DNA of 51,075 nt from a virus (lineage: Duplodnaviria; Caudoviricetes). The position numbers and the translations under genes were made by a program. The notes below the pieces were generated by a model. The model did no database searches. It saw nothing but the letters and a program-made list of their open reading frames with translations, and was not told the origin of the DNA. Within the stretch, counting starts at the first letter, position 1; each line of letters starts with the position of its first letter. Of this stretch, positions 1 through 9,571 are shown piece after piece. The stretch spans positions 1-51,075 of the IMG/VR virus record IMGVR_UViG_3300010401_000013; one strand, 5' to 3'.

Positions 1-123
1 CTCCAAACAAGTCGTTTGCAAAACCCTAAACAAAACTGCCGTCTACTCGAAAGTAAACGGCAGCAATATAATCAAACTACCAGACCCACCAAGAGAAGCT
101 ACTGACTCAAGGCCGGTATCAAA
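1..123. repeat. Terminal direct repeat, copy 1 (identical to 50953-51075); indicates a circular/complete contig
   Basis: Exact 123-nt match CTCCAAACAAG...GGCCGGTATCAAA at both ends; the final ORF reads through the join in frame. Confidence 0.97.
28..63 (-). terminator. Rho-independent terminator of the late (minus-strand) operon
   Basis: Minus strand reads CTGCCGTTTACT-TTCG-AGTAGACGGCAG followed by TTTTGTTT, 35 nt past the stop of 99..4433. Confidence 0.8.
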
Positions 124-3100
124 CTTGATTTGAATTCTTTCATTCCCTTTAACTTGAAATATGCTTGTAGCCTTCGCTGAGCTTCCGCTTCCCCTTGATT
201 TCTGTTCAAGAAATTCAAATAGCTTGACTGCTCTTGAGGCTCACTTGGGAATATCTTCGTATCCTCCGACGACGATTTTAGTCCCCGAAGCTTGCTTGTC
301 AGTTTCTGAATATCTATGTTCCCTGAACCATCTTTGGAAGACTCAATGGCTTGCTGAACGAGCGTGGATGCTTCTGCCGGTAACTTATTTAGGTCAGCCT
401 CTTTATCAAAGGCACGCTCACTGGACTTACTCGCTACCCCTTGCATTGGTCGATACGAGTCTTGGGGAGTCGAAGTACCCTGTAACTTCCGAAAAACTGA
501 CAAGTCCCGGGCATCCTCCTTCGATTGAGTTTCTTCGGATAAGTGATTCCTTCCTACCCTCAACGCTTGAACTTGATTAATCAAGAATTCTGGAATCAAT
601 GAAGACATTACCGATATCGGAGATTCACCATTATCCAAAGCCTGTCTTGCATCTACTGTTGCATCGACCAAATTTTCCACTCCACCAGCTAGCGGATTCC
701 CACTTAATTGTGGTGTGCGTTTGTTCACAAGAAGGTCAGTCGCCGTCTTTGCAATATCTCCAGCTATTCCCATATAACTACCCATCTGCATCAACGCAAC
801 CACAGTAGCAATTTCCTGTTCCTTATTTCCAGATTCAAGGGCTTCGCTCACAGTCGGATCAGACTGCTTCTTTCCGTTCAGGAACTGAGCGAGTTCGCCT
901 ACAACCTTACCACCCACAGCAGAACCAATAGTAGCGAGTAGAAGGGGTTTAAAGTCTCCACGTTTAGCTGGCTGTATAACATCTTTATGGATGTTATTGA
1001 ATCGTTCGATAGACCAACGCTGTAATGGAAAAAGAGTGCTAGCAACAGGATGGTCGAACATACCAGCAGGCAAACCGCGGGCGTCATACGTGCCTTGAAG
1101 GCGATCAGTGAAATTCTTGCCCACTTGTGCGAGTTCCTGCTGTCCCCACTCAGCGATTGGTTTTTCATTTAGCGTCGAAAAGTTCTCCAACCATTTCGTT
1201 GCTTTGGAGTCACCCCCTAAGGACCTGGCAAGATTGAGTTTAGCCAACTCGACACCCAAACCATGGGTGAAAATCCGCGACGACTGTTCCAGAAGGTCTC
1301 GTCCCTGATACTTGCGTAACGCGTTGGCAATGTTATTGAGCCGTTCAACAGTAGAAGACTCATCCAAGATGTTGTTCCAGCGTTTGTAGTCAAGACGTGA
1401 GTTTCTGGAACCGTATTCGAGAGATTCTTTTGCATAGTCTTTCCATCCTTTGAGGGCTTTGCCGAATGCACCTAGATCTTCAACGTGTTGTAGATATGGT
1501 GCAGCAAGAAAGGGAACAGAGGCAACATCTTTAGCACCAGACACAGGTCCGAGCAAGCCGTTAGTTAGGACTCGTTGCAAGGATTGAAAAACCGGTGCCC
1601 GACGGCGAGGGAATTCATCAGTGACGAACTTCATGGCATTGACTACTGGTGTGCTTCCGCTGATATTCTGCACGCCCTCTACGTCCGGTGAAGTTGCTCC
1701 AGATGGTTGCTCAACTTTCAGGGCAGCAGCTATGTCTGGATGCTTCTGTAATTCTTCGTAATAAGCTAGTGTCTTTGCCGAACGCCTCCCATAACGAGCA
1801 AGTGTGTGCAGAGCATCCTGTTCTCGTAAAGCTTCTGGAATTCCAAAGCCACGGACTTTTGTTAAAGCATTAAAATATTGACTACCTGTGGAATTCCCCA
1901 AAGCAGAGACGTAGTCGTTAATCTTCTGTAAAGCGTCCTCATGCGAGACTTTACCCTTCGATTGTTCGACCACATGATCTGCCCAGACTTCTTTAGCTTT
2001 CTGTGCACGTGCGCTTTCAGGTTCCTGTGTAAACACCCTAACCGCATCTGTCGAAAGCATGTCTGGCCAGTAGTGTTCGGAGACTGCGCCTTTATGTGGA
2101 TTGCCGTTAGCGTCAAAGACTGGTAAGCCGACCTGATTTTGATATTCCCGCACGCTCTTCATCAAAGGTTGCAAAACATCAACAGCTTTCTTGGCACCTT
2201 GCGATAGTATTGTATCATCCACATTCTCACCACGAAACCGGTCTCGCATGTAGTCCGCAGCTTCCTGAATTTCAGACTTGTTGACACCCTGTTTGGAGAG
2301 TTCTTTTAAGGGAACATCCAAGAACTGAGCTTCCAATTTATCTTGACGAGCGAAGAAATTCTTCAAGCCTTCCGCAGCACGTTTTCCTGTGGGTCCAAGT
2401 TCAGCCACTTTGTCCACAGCTGGTTTGATAGCTGATCCAATAGACTTAAGGGTGGAGAATTTCTCAGGAGAAAGGTCCAGAGATTCTGAATCAGTAGATT
2501 CTCCCTTCGTAATCGGCTGCGTCTTTGCAGCAGTGCCTTCTTGCTTCCCGCCCGCTTCAACATTCTTTGGGTCAAGTAATAGTTTTCGCGCAAACAATCT
2601 CGCATAGTCATCTGGATTTTGTGTTAACCGTGCTTTCAACGCCGAAGCTGCATCTCGCAGGCCACTACGAAAAGGTGAATCCTGTTCGGAAAGTTTCTGG
2701 ACAGTTGCTTGGCCAACTTTCGACGTGAGAAATTCCTCTACGTCTCCTTGATTCTTGGCACTCCACTCTTTGAAGGCTGGAGAATCTTTCACCACATTCT
2801 CAATCTTCTGTGCATGTCCTGCAACATCCACGCCAGCAACAGACTTTAGGTAGTTCCAAAATGCGTGGAAGGCTTCATGCGGAAGTGTTTCTTGATTTGC
2901 GTCCTTGCGAGAGACTTTAATCAGGGTGTCGTCAATTCCCTTGCGGACTAGTGCCACACCACGAACTGGTTGTCCTTCGTGCGTGATAGAGTTATCCTCC
3001 TCCACTTTGTAATTGCGGAAATTCGCACCAAGTTTCTTGAAATACTCAAGCATCGACTTGGTTGCTGGTTTGGACATAAGTTCGCTGCGGACCTGTTGAA

Positions 3101-4433
3101 AGAAAGGATAGGGAACTTCAGAATTTTCTGATGCGGGGACTTTAGCCGGTTGCCCAGCAAGAGCAACCTCACGAGTATTCTCAACAGGCGGCAACTCTCT
3201 GGGTTCTGGGGTTACTTCCCGCATCGCCTTCGTCTTCTCAACCTCTTGCTCTCCAAGAATAGATGCTTGATTCTCCGTTTCTAGTTCCTTCCTCAAAGCA
3301 TCTCTCCGCTTCTCATCTGCAATCTTCAACTTCTCATTCTCAGCAGCAATCTTCGCTGCATCTTCATTCTCTTTCCGCGTAACGGCTTTAGCTAATTCTT
3401 CTGGATCATTAGCAAGTGCTTCCTGTTGAGCTTCAAGTTTCAACTCTTGAGTTGCCGACTTCTTATTTGGCACTACGTCAACAGGCGCAGTGGTTAGCTG
3501 CTTCTCATACTCTGCATCCAATTTTGGCTCGTCGATCCTCGTCTCACCAAGTGACTGCTTCTCAAGGCGAGGAGGAACTTCATCTGGTAACTTAGCGACA
3601 TTCTCTGCAATTTCCTGTCCGGCCAGGGTTCCAGGTCCTTCCTGTTCCAGCATTCTATACTGTTCATCCGTGATTGTTGGATGCACACCAACCATTCTCC
3701 CAAGTTTGGTAGGTGAGGTTGATAATCCACCTCCAGCCATCTCAATTGCCAATTCTGCTGGGTCAACATCTTGTCCTTGGAATTTATGGTAACCGGCTAC
3801 AGCAGCAGGAACACCAGCACCAATACCTGCATTGACCAAAGTGCCTACTTGTCCTGGGGTCATCTCTGTTCTAGCCGCTGGACCTGCAAGACGACTAATC
3901 AAATTGATGATTCCGCTTCCTAGTTGCTTGGTTCCTTCTACAGACGGACGAACCACCGCTCCGCCACCAACCACATTACCAAAAGCGGACGCAAGGTTGT
4001 GTTCTTGCCTCGCACGTTGCAAGTAATCTACCGCTGCTTGTGGAAGCAGTTTCTCCTGCAATGCATTAGCTCCAGCACCTGCTGCCATACCTGCGCCAAT
4101 GCCTGCTGGAATCCCGACCACAGGAGTCATACTAGAAGTTGCACCACCAACTGCACTGCCAACTCCCATTGCAGCAAGAGAGGGCAAGACATTTGCTGCT
4201 GCATTCGCAAGAAAAGCACCAGTCTTAGAGGTTGTTGGCGCGACAGGAGATTCAGCAGCGTCCTGTTTTAAGACTCCTGGGATAGTAGGAGACGAGGCAA
4301 CGCTAGGAAATCCTTGAGATGCAGCAGTCTCAATAGGCATTAGACTTGACGTTGCCTCATCAAAAGTATACTTTGCAGGGTCCTGTCCTGCGTTCAATAC
4401 TATGTTACGCCGCTGTTCCTCTGTGTATGGCAT
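99..4433 (-). CDS. Large internal virion/ejection protein with HExxH motif
   Basis: 1444 aa; last gene of the structural arm; Gly/Ala-rich hydrophobic N-terminal segments, coiled coil, LPHEAFH motif; position typical of podovirus ejection proteins. Confidence 0.65.
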   Translation of the reverse strand: MPYTEEQRRNIVLNAGQDPAKYTFDEATSSLMPIETAASQGFPSVASSPTIPGVLKQDAAESPVAPTTSKTGAFLANAAANVLPSLAAMGVGSAVGGATSSMTPVVGIPAGIGAGMAAGAGANALQEKLLPQAAVDYLQRARQEHNLASAFGNVVGGGAVVRPSVEGTKQLGSGIINLISRLAGPAARTEMTPGQVGTLVNAGIGAGVPAAVAGYHKFQGQDVDPAELAIEMAGGGLSTSPTKLGRMVGVHPTITDEQYRMLEQEGPGTLAGQEIAENVAKLPDEVPPRLEKQSLGETRIDEPKLDAEYEKQLTTAPVDVVPNKKSATQELKLEAQQEALANDPEELAKAVTRKENEDAAKIAAENEKLKIADEKRRDALRKELETENQASILGEQEVEKTKAMREVTPEPRELPPVENTREVALAGQPAKVPASENSEVPYPFFQQVRSELMSKPATKSMLEYFKKLGANFRNYKVEEDNSITHEGQPVRGVALVRKGIDDTLIKVSRKDANQETLPHEAFHAFWNYLKSVAGVDVAGHAQKIENVVKDSPAFKEWSAKNQGDVEEFLTSKVGQATVQKLSEQDSPFRSGLRDAASALKARLTQNPDDYARLFARKLLLDPKNVEAGGKQEGTAAKTQPITKGESTDSESLDLSPEKFSTLKSIGSAIKPAVDKVAELGPTGKRAAEGLKNFFARQDKLEAQFLDVPLKELSKQGVNKSEIQEAADYMRDRFRGENVDDTILSQGAKKAVDVLQPLMKSVREYQNQVGLPVFDANGNPHKGAVSEHYWPDMLSTDAVRVFTQEPESARAQKAKEVWADHVVEQSKGKVSHEDALQKINDYVSALGNSTGSQYFNALTKVRGFGIPEALREQDALHTLARYGRRSAKTLAYYEELQKHPDIAAALKVEQPSGATSPDVEGVQNISGSTPVVNAMKFVTDEFPRRRAPVFQSLQRVLTNGLLGPVSGAKDVASVPFLAAPYLQHVEDLGAFGKALKGWKDYAKESLEYGSRNSRLDYKRWNNILDESSTVERLNNIANALRKYQGRDLLEQSSRIFTHGLGVELAKLNLARSLGGDSKATKWLENFSTLNEKPIAEWGQQELAQVGKNFTDRLQGTYDARGLPAGMFDHPVASTLFPLQRWSIERFNNIHKDVIQPAKRGDFKPLLLATIGSAVGGKVVGELAQFLNGKKQSDPTVSEALESGNKEQEIATVVALMQMGSYMGIAGDIAKTATDLLVNKRTPQLSGNPLAGGVENLVDATVDARQALDNGESPISVMSSLIPEFLINQVQALRVGRNHLSEETQSKEDARDLSVFRKLQGTSTPQDSYRPMQGVASKSSERAFDKEADLNKLPAEASTLVQQAIESSKDGSGNIDIQKLTSKLRGLKSSSEDTKIFPSEPQEQSSYLNFLNRNQGEAEAQRRLQAYFKLKGMKEFKSSLIPALSQ

Positions 4434-4436
4434 AGG

Positions 4437-5675
4437 TTATTGAGGAATACCACCTTGAGAACCTGAATACTTCATGAACAACCTAATCAATTCCATTGGG
4501 TTGAATGCCCCAGGATTCGGTCCACCAAAAGCATTCATGACATCTTGAGGTTGCTGAACTCCAGGAATCGTAGTTGGCTTATACGATGGGTTGCTAGCAG
4601 GAGTTACCACGTTTGCCGTCGGTACATTGGTATTGTTATTATACAATCCTGCATTGCCAACTCCAGGAACCATTCCACCAGTCGGTTGAGGGGGATTGGG
4701 ATTCGGTTGAGCAACAGGAATCGACATTGGAGGCATTACCGCTGTTCTGGATTCAGTTGTCTTAGGAACCTGCCCAAGAGTCATCTGTCCAGTTTTTGGG
4801 TCTTTAACAGGACCAGTCCCAAAACTAGTCATCGACTGTTGTGGAATCATGCCACGAATTGGAGAGGGAGATGGTGATAATCCTGGAATCCCAGAAGGTT
4901 CATAAACTAGACCGCCTTCAGGAACGGACACAGCAGAATTCTTGAACAGCGACCCAACTGGTGCATAATTTTCTGCTGTCTTGCCTGCCGCAAAAGAGTT
5001 GTAGGTTGCCGGATCGTTGGCAAACTTACTTGCCATATTCACGTTTCCTGCTTGGCCACTAATGATTCCTGGGACCACACTTGAATCGTATGACTGCCTG
5101 TTTCCTGGAGTGTCGAGAATGCCCATTCGACCAAGAACACCTGTCGATGTTGCATTGTTGGCTACATCTTTTTCTGCGTCACGTTTTGCCTCAACAATCT
5201 TGATTGCGTCAGCCGTGGAAACTCCCTGTTGCTGCAAAGCATGCGTGTGCCTGACATCCTCCAAAGCCCGAGTGGCTTCAATTTCTTTCTGTTTCAGAGC
5301 CAACTGTGCAGCATTGTCGGCAGAATGGACATCAAGCTGTCCTTGGTTACCAAGCTTCTGCAAAGCGACCTGATTCGGGAAATTCTGAGCATTAAGTCCC
5401 TGATTGATGTCAAGAGTCTTGTTAATCTCGCCAGCAGTATTTGTCCTGCCAAGCAACTTGTCTAGCCAGTTGCGTTTATCCACCGCACGCAAAGTTGCTT
5501 GACTGTTTCCTGCCGGTGCATCTGGATTCCCCGTCCCAGCTTCGTCGAATTCACTGCCTGCTGGAGTTCCAGCCATCTCATAATTTCCACCCTGCCCTGC
5601 ACCTCCTCCAATTCCAGCAAGGAAGCCGAGATTCATCTTACCACCGCCGCCATGAGGTTTACGAGGAGTTGCCAT
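4437..5675 (-). CDS. Putative ejection/internal virion protein
   Basis: 412 aa, G/Q/P/N-rich low complexity, located between other ejection-like genes. Confidence 0.5.
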   Translation of the reverse strand: MATPRKPHGGGGKMNLGFLAGIGGGAGQGGNYEMAGTPAGSEFDEAGTGNPDAPAGNSQATLRAVDKRNWLDKLLGRTNTAGEINKTLDINQGLNAQNFPNQVALQKLGNQGQLDVHSADNAAQLALKQKEIEATRALEDVRHTHALQQQGVSTADAIKIVEAKRDAEKDVANNATSTGVLGRMGILDTPGNRQSYDSSVVPGIISGQAGNVNMASKFANDPATYNSFAAGKTAENYAPVGSLFKNSAVSVPEGGLVYEPSGIPGLSPSPSPIRGMIPQQSMTSFGTGPVKDPKTGQMTLGQVPKTTESRTAVMPPMSIPVAQPNPNPPQPTGGMVPGVGNAGLYNNNTNVPTANVVTPASNPSYKPTTIPGVQQPQDVMNAFGGPNPGAFNPMELIRLFMKYSGSQGGIPQ

Positions 5676-5676
5676 A

Positions 5677-6213
5677 TTATTTGTCTCCGTTCATATAACG
5701 AGCAATACTTCTACCAACTTCAGTAAGTCCATCAGCAGAATGTGTTTCAGTAGGTTTGTCCAAATCCTTAATCTGGTTGGACCAGATGCTATCCCGGAAC
5801 TTCATGGAATTTTCTTGTAACACACAAGTTCCCCTCACCAATCCCAAGATTGTGAAGATCATCAACTCGCCACAGAGTGACAGGAACCTGCTTGCCTGTC
5901 GTTTCCATTCCTCAGTTGCATGTTCCCATTTCAGCGAGTCACGATATTGGGTGGCAACAAGAACATCAATCTGATACAAGACTCCAATGTTCTCTTGGTA
6001 GAAGCGGCAGGAGAATACGTCACGCGCCATGTTGGTGATGTCGAGAAGCTGGCTATTCAAATCCCTGTGTGGCCTCTCCTTGTCGCAGGGTTGGTCTCGG
6101 TCAATAAAGTCATCCACAGCATGGATATACTGTGCATATTTTATTGCGAAGATTTTCGCTGCGTCATTGCCGTCCAGTAAATCCAGATATTCTTTTGAGT
6201 TAATGTCCACCAT
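5677..6213 (-). CDS. Hypothetical protein with isoprenoid-synthase-like DDxxD motif
   Basis: 178 aa, helical; HAVDDFIDRD. Confidence 0.45.
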   Translation of the reverse strand: MVDINSKEYLDLLDGNDAAKIFAIKYAQYIHAVDDFIDRDQPCDKERPHRDLNSQLLDITNMARDVFSCRFYQENIGVLYQIDVLVATQYRDSLKWEHATEEWKRQASRFLSLCGELMIFTILGLVRGTCVLQENSMKFRDSIWSNQIKDLDKPTETHSADGLTEVGRSIARYMNGDK

Positions 6214-6583
6214 AAAGTTGAAAATCTTCTGAGACTGAGGTTGGAGTGTAGCCGTTTAGATAGGTTTCGCGAGTGAAGATTATTAGCCACTTCTTCTCGT
6301 TGATGAACGAATGAGCTTCTTCTGGACCAATCACCATTTTCTTAAAAAAATCTTTCCAGAAGGTAACGTATTTTGTCTTCCAAGCACCCTGTTTACGAAT
6401 CTTAAACTCGGCGTCTCCGTAAATGTATCGCAAGTTGACCACTTGATTCTTATGCAAGTGTGCCTTACACTCATAGCCGGGAGGACAAAACCATATCTCA
6501 CAAGCAGTGTTGCCAATATGCCCAAGCTTCAATCCCCAACAGGATTCGTGGCGCAGGATTTTAGGAAGTCCGAAGTTCATCAA
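6200..6583 (-). CDS. Cupin-fold protein
   Basis: AHLHKNQ and IGPEEAHSF match the two cupin metal-binding motifs. Confidence 0.6.
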   Translation of the reverse strand: MMNFGLPKILRHESCWGLKLGHIGNTACEIWFCPPGYECKAHLHKNQVVNLRYIYGDAEFKIRKQGAWKTKYVTFWKDFFKKMVIGPEEAHSFINEKKWLIIFTRETYLNGYTPTSVSEDFQLYGGH

Positions 6584-6764
6584 AACTCCATTCTACTTTA
6601 GGTTGTTTACGAACTTCCGTGAGAAGTTCTAAGCATTTGTGATGCACCTGCTTCATGTAACCAACAGGATCATAAGTATTCTTAGCTGCAACCTTATGCA
6701 TCTCGTATGCAAAGTATATAGGAATTTCTCTCCTGTTACTGAGATCAAATTGGGCTTCTAGCAT
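6561..6764 (-). CDS. Hypothetical protein
   Basis: 67 aa ORF tiling between neighbours on the operon strand. Confidence 0.5.
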   Translation of the reverse strand: MLEAQFDLSNRREIPIYFAYEMHKVAAKNTYDPVGYMKQVHHKCLELLTEVRKQPKVEWSFDELRTS

Positions 6765-7585
6765 GACACACTTCCCATAATTTGTGCAACACGATCCAAG
6801 CTGTCACGTTGCTGAGATGCCAGATTCTGTTGATTGGTTACATTTGCGGCCGAAACTCCAAGCAAGTTGTTTGTCAGGTTAGCCGTCTGTCCTCCAAGAT
6901 TTCCTTGCAAGCTTCCTGTCAACTGATTTGCTGCGTAGTTGTTATTTGAAGGCTTTCCTGTCGCGACTTGGGCAACATCAATGCCTGATTTCGCACCAGT
7001 CTGCAACCCCTGAAATGTATTCAACGCATTCGTCAAGTCTGCCCGCTTCTTACTCAAAGCGTCCCCAAAAGACCCAGCAGCCGCAAGTGTAGTTGTCTGT
7101 GCTTGCGGATTAAATCCATTCGCACCATTCAGTCGATTGATTCCACGTTCCTCTTGCGCTAATTCACTGCCACTCAAGGCATTAGGGTCCATTCCACCAA
7201 TCAACTTCTGAAATGCTTCGCTTGCGGCTTTACGATTAGCAAAGAATTCTGGATCAGTTGCCATCTGTTGAGCAAGAACTTCCTGATTCAAAGCCTTCCC
7301 AGGACCAGAAAGTGCATTCAAGTCTGCCTGTGCGGTATTCGTGACATTCGACGAATAAATATCCTGCCCAACCTTATTCAACTGCGGGGCATACTTACTA
7401 TACAAGTCTGCCTGCAATTGCTGATTCTGAGGAGCAATGACATTTTGTGCATTCTGTGTGGCCTGTTCCACAGGAAGAATGTTCTCGGTATAAGTTTTGA
7501 TCAGCGCAGGAAGATTAGCAACTAATCCCTGGAGGGCTTGTGCTGTCGATTCGCCTGCTGATTGTGGTGCTGGGTCGCCGCCCAT
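6758..7585 (-). CDS. Putative ejection (DNA pilot-like) protein
   Basis: 275 aa, Q/A/N/G-rich, MGG start, follows the tail tube genes. Confidence 0.55.
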   Translation of the reverse strand: MGGDPAPQSAGESTAQALQGLVANLPALIKTYTENILPVEQATQNAQNVIAPQNQQLQADLYSKYAPQLNKVGQDIYSSNVTNTAQADLNALSGPGKALNQEVLAQQMATDPEFFANRKAASEAFQKLIGGMDPNALSGSELAQEERGINRLNGANGFNPQAQTTTLAAAGSFGDALSKKRADLTNALNTFQGLQTGAKSGIDVAQVATGKPSNNNYAANQLTGSLQGNLGGQTANLTNNLLGVSAANVTNQQNLASQQRDSLDRVAQIMGSVSC

Positions 7586-7965
7586 AGTTTTAAGATTAGA
7601 GAGTTAGTCCGACCTGTTATATACCGTCCCCGTCGATTAGCAGTAATTGTCCATCCTGGGAACTGTTCTTGAAAGTGAAGGATGAAGGATCGTAGGCATT
7701 CCGAAGAGGAAAGTATGTGTGAAATATGAAGCGTGGCGTTCTCACTGTGCGTCCTGTAAAGAACAATTCCTTCCAACCCCTTTGGACTTCTTCCTGTATG
7801 GATTCTTGTTCCAGGATCGGTGAGCAGTCTAATGAGTTGGCTAAGAGACCACTCCCCATCAAATGCTTTTTTTGCTCTTGGATGCTTGAAGACATAAACT
7901 AGAATCTCAAGGAGTCCGCCGTGTGGTTGTGTCATTTGTGGCCTGCTGAACAGGAGAAACGTCAA
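7522..7965 (-). CDS. Hypothetical protein, possibly GNAT-like fold (start may be ATG 7935)
   Basis: Lies between nozzle and ejection genes; beta-rich core LEGIVLYR...TLHISHIL. Confidence 0.35.
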   Translation of the reverse strand: MTFLLFSRPQMTQPHGGLLEILVYVFKHPRAKKAFDGEWSLSQLIRLLTDPGTRIHTGRSPKGLEGIVLYRTHSENATLHISHILSSSECLRSFILHFQEQFPGWTITANRRGRYITGRTNSLILKLWAATQHHNQQANRQHKPSRD

Positions 7966-9571
7966 CAGTCTGATACTGCAAGTCGTAGCAAACTGCGGTT
8001 AATTGTGCATCAGTGTCCCAAGAAATTTCAGCACCAACTCGGAATCCACGATTGGCAATTGGATTGTTTCCCCCTAGAAGTTGATAATTTGGACGCACTG
8101 GAAAGCCTGCAATCACTGTATTTTTGATTGCTTTACGCAAGACTTGTGTACAGAGGGGAATTTCATCAACATACCAAGTAGCAGCAAGGGTGCCATCCGT
8201 GGTTGGAGACTTAACAAGAGCGTTGACACCAACTAGAATGGTTTGCAATTTTTGATTGGGAGGGCAGTGGTCGCAAGGGTAGAAACGAACAAGGTCAGTT
8301 TCTGTTTCGTGAGCATACAATTCTAGAGATTCACCCTCCGAAGTTAGGGCAAATACTCGTTGCTTGTTGCCCACACGACTAACCGACAGTTGGACCATCT
8401 CACCAAAGAATCCTGTCGGCGTATCGTAGGCTTCCCAAATTTGTAGGATTCGATTATAGGCTATAATACAGCGACCAAACGGTGTCTCACACAGAAAAAG
8501 AACATACTGCTTGTAGTTCACTCCACCAACCGTTGATGGTTGTGTAATGTTTTCAAAAATTCCAAGAATTGGAGAGGCGATTCCCTGGTTATCCTGCACT
8601 GTGGCAATCAAATCTGTTACACAAGTGATGCCCTCCTGTCCAATGATATACGTATCTGTCTTGCTTGGAATGAATGCGAAAGGGCCAGAAATGGGATACT
8701 CCCAAGTGGAAATAGTTTGGTATATTGGCTCCCCAAAAAGTAGAGTTGCAGTGTTCTTAGATACTTGAAAAACATTTCGTTGAGTGCCAACAAGGAAAGT
8801 TCCAGGGGTAACAGTCTTTCCTAGTGCTATAATCTGGTCAAACCCAACTTGATAAGAGACTTGCTTGGCACCACCAGCTAATTCACTTGGTAACTTCTGA
8901 CCATTGGTATCAATAATCACCATGAAGTCAACTGGCCTCCCACTTACCGAACGTAGAATGCTAATTCCATCCCTGTCCACCATATACAACACACCGTCGG
9001 CAAACATCGGTCTAGTCCCAATCGGCACATATTCTCGATTGTCGTCAGTCCACTGCTGGTAATTCTGAGTCACTCGGGAGGTTCCGTCTGCAAGTATTAA
9101 CCAAGGTTGGTTAATTCCGTCCATTGCAATAACAGCAGCAGGAGATGGGGCAAGTGGTGAAGAATCATACTGGACACCATAAGCAGCAGAAGCTTCGTCC
9201 ACCAAAGTCCTAGGATAGTTGATTGTGCTTCCGGGAATCAACTCTGCAAAAATGATTGGTGCCGTTGGTGACATCAAGAATCCGCCTATCTGATTGTAAG
9301 CACTTCCGACAATACTAATATCACGATAGAATGCCTTCCCGTCCACAAACATTAGGCGGAATTGTCCGAAGTTGTAGTTGCCCTGATAAACAGTTCCTAC
9401 AGGCACGACTTCAGCTACAGCCTTCTTGTTAGGCTGTATGACCTTCTTTAATGACCGAGCATTGAACAGTGTGAAATAGCAGTTCTCTGCTATCTTACTG
9501 TTGTCGCCCAGTAAAGTATTGAGGCCACCGCTGAAATCTGAACGCACGACTGTCGCGTCTATCATACCCAT
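7907..9571 (-). CDS. Tail nozzle / DNA stabilisation protein (P22 gp10 / T7 gp12-like)
   Basis: 554 aa beta-rich; N-terminal DFSGGLN motif; synteny. Confidence 0.65.
   Translation of the reverse strand: MGMIDATVVRSDFSGGLNTLLGDNSKIAENCYFTLFNARSLKKVIQPNKKAVAEVVPVGTVYQGNYNFGQFRLMFVDGKAFYRDISIVGSAYNQIGGFLMSPTAPIIFAELIPGSTINYPRTLVDEASAAYGVQYDSSPLAPSPAAVIAMDGINQPWLILADGTSRVTQNYQQWTDDNREYVPIGTRPMFADGVLYMVDRDGISILRSVSGRPVDFMVIIDTNGQKLPSELAGGAKQVSYQVGFDQIIALGKTVTPGTFLVGTQRNVFQVSKNTATLLFGEPIYQTISTWEYPISGPFAFIPSKTDTYIIGQEGITCVTDLIATVQDNQGIASPILGIFENITQPSTVGGVNYKQYVLFLCETPFGRCIIAYNRILQIWEAYDTPTGFFGEMVQLSVSRVGNKQRVFALTSEGESLELYAHETETDLVRFYPCDHCPPNQKLQTILVGVNALVKSPTTDGTLAATWYVDEIPLCTQVLRKAIKNTVIAGFPVRPNYQLLGGNNPIANRGFRVGAEISWDTDAQLTAVCYDLQYQTVDVSPVQQATNDTTTRRTP

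Noticed and set aside
1-123. 123-bp repeat as a true virion terminal repeat
   Set aside because: It falls inside two overlapping ORFs at the convergence point, so assembler circular overlap is more likely; read-end data are needed
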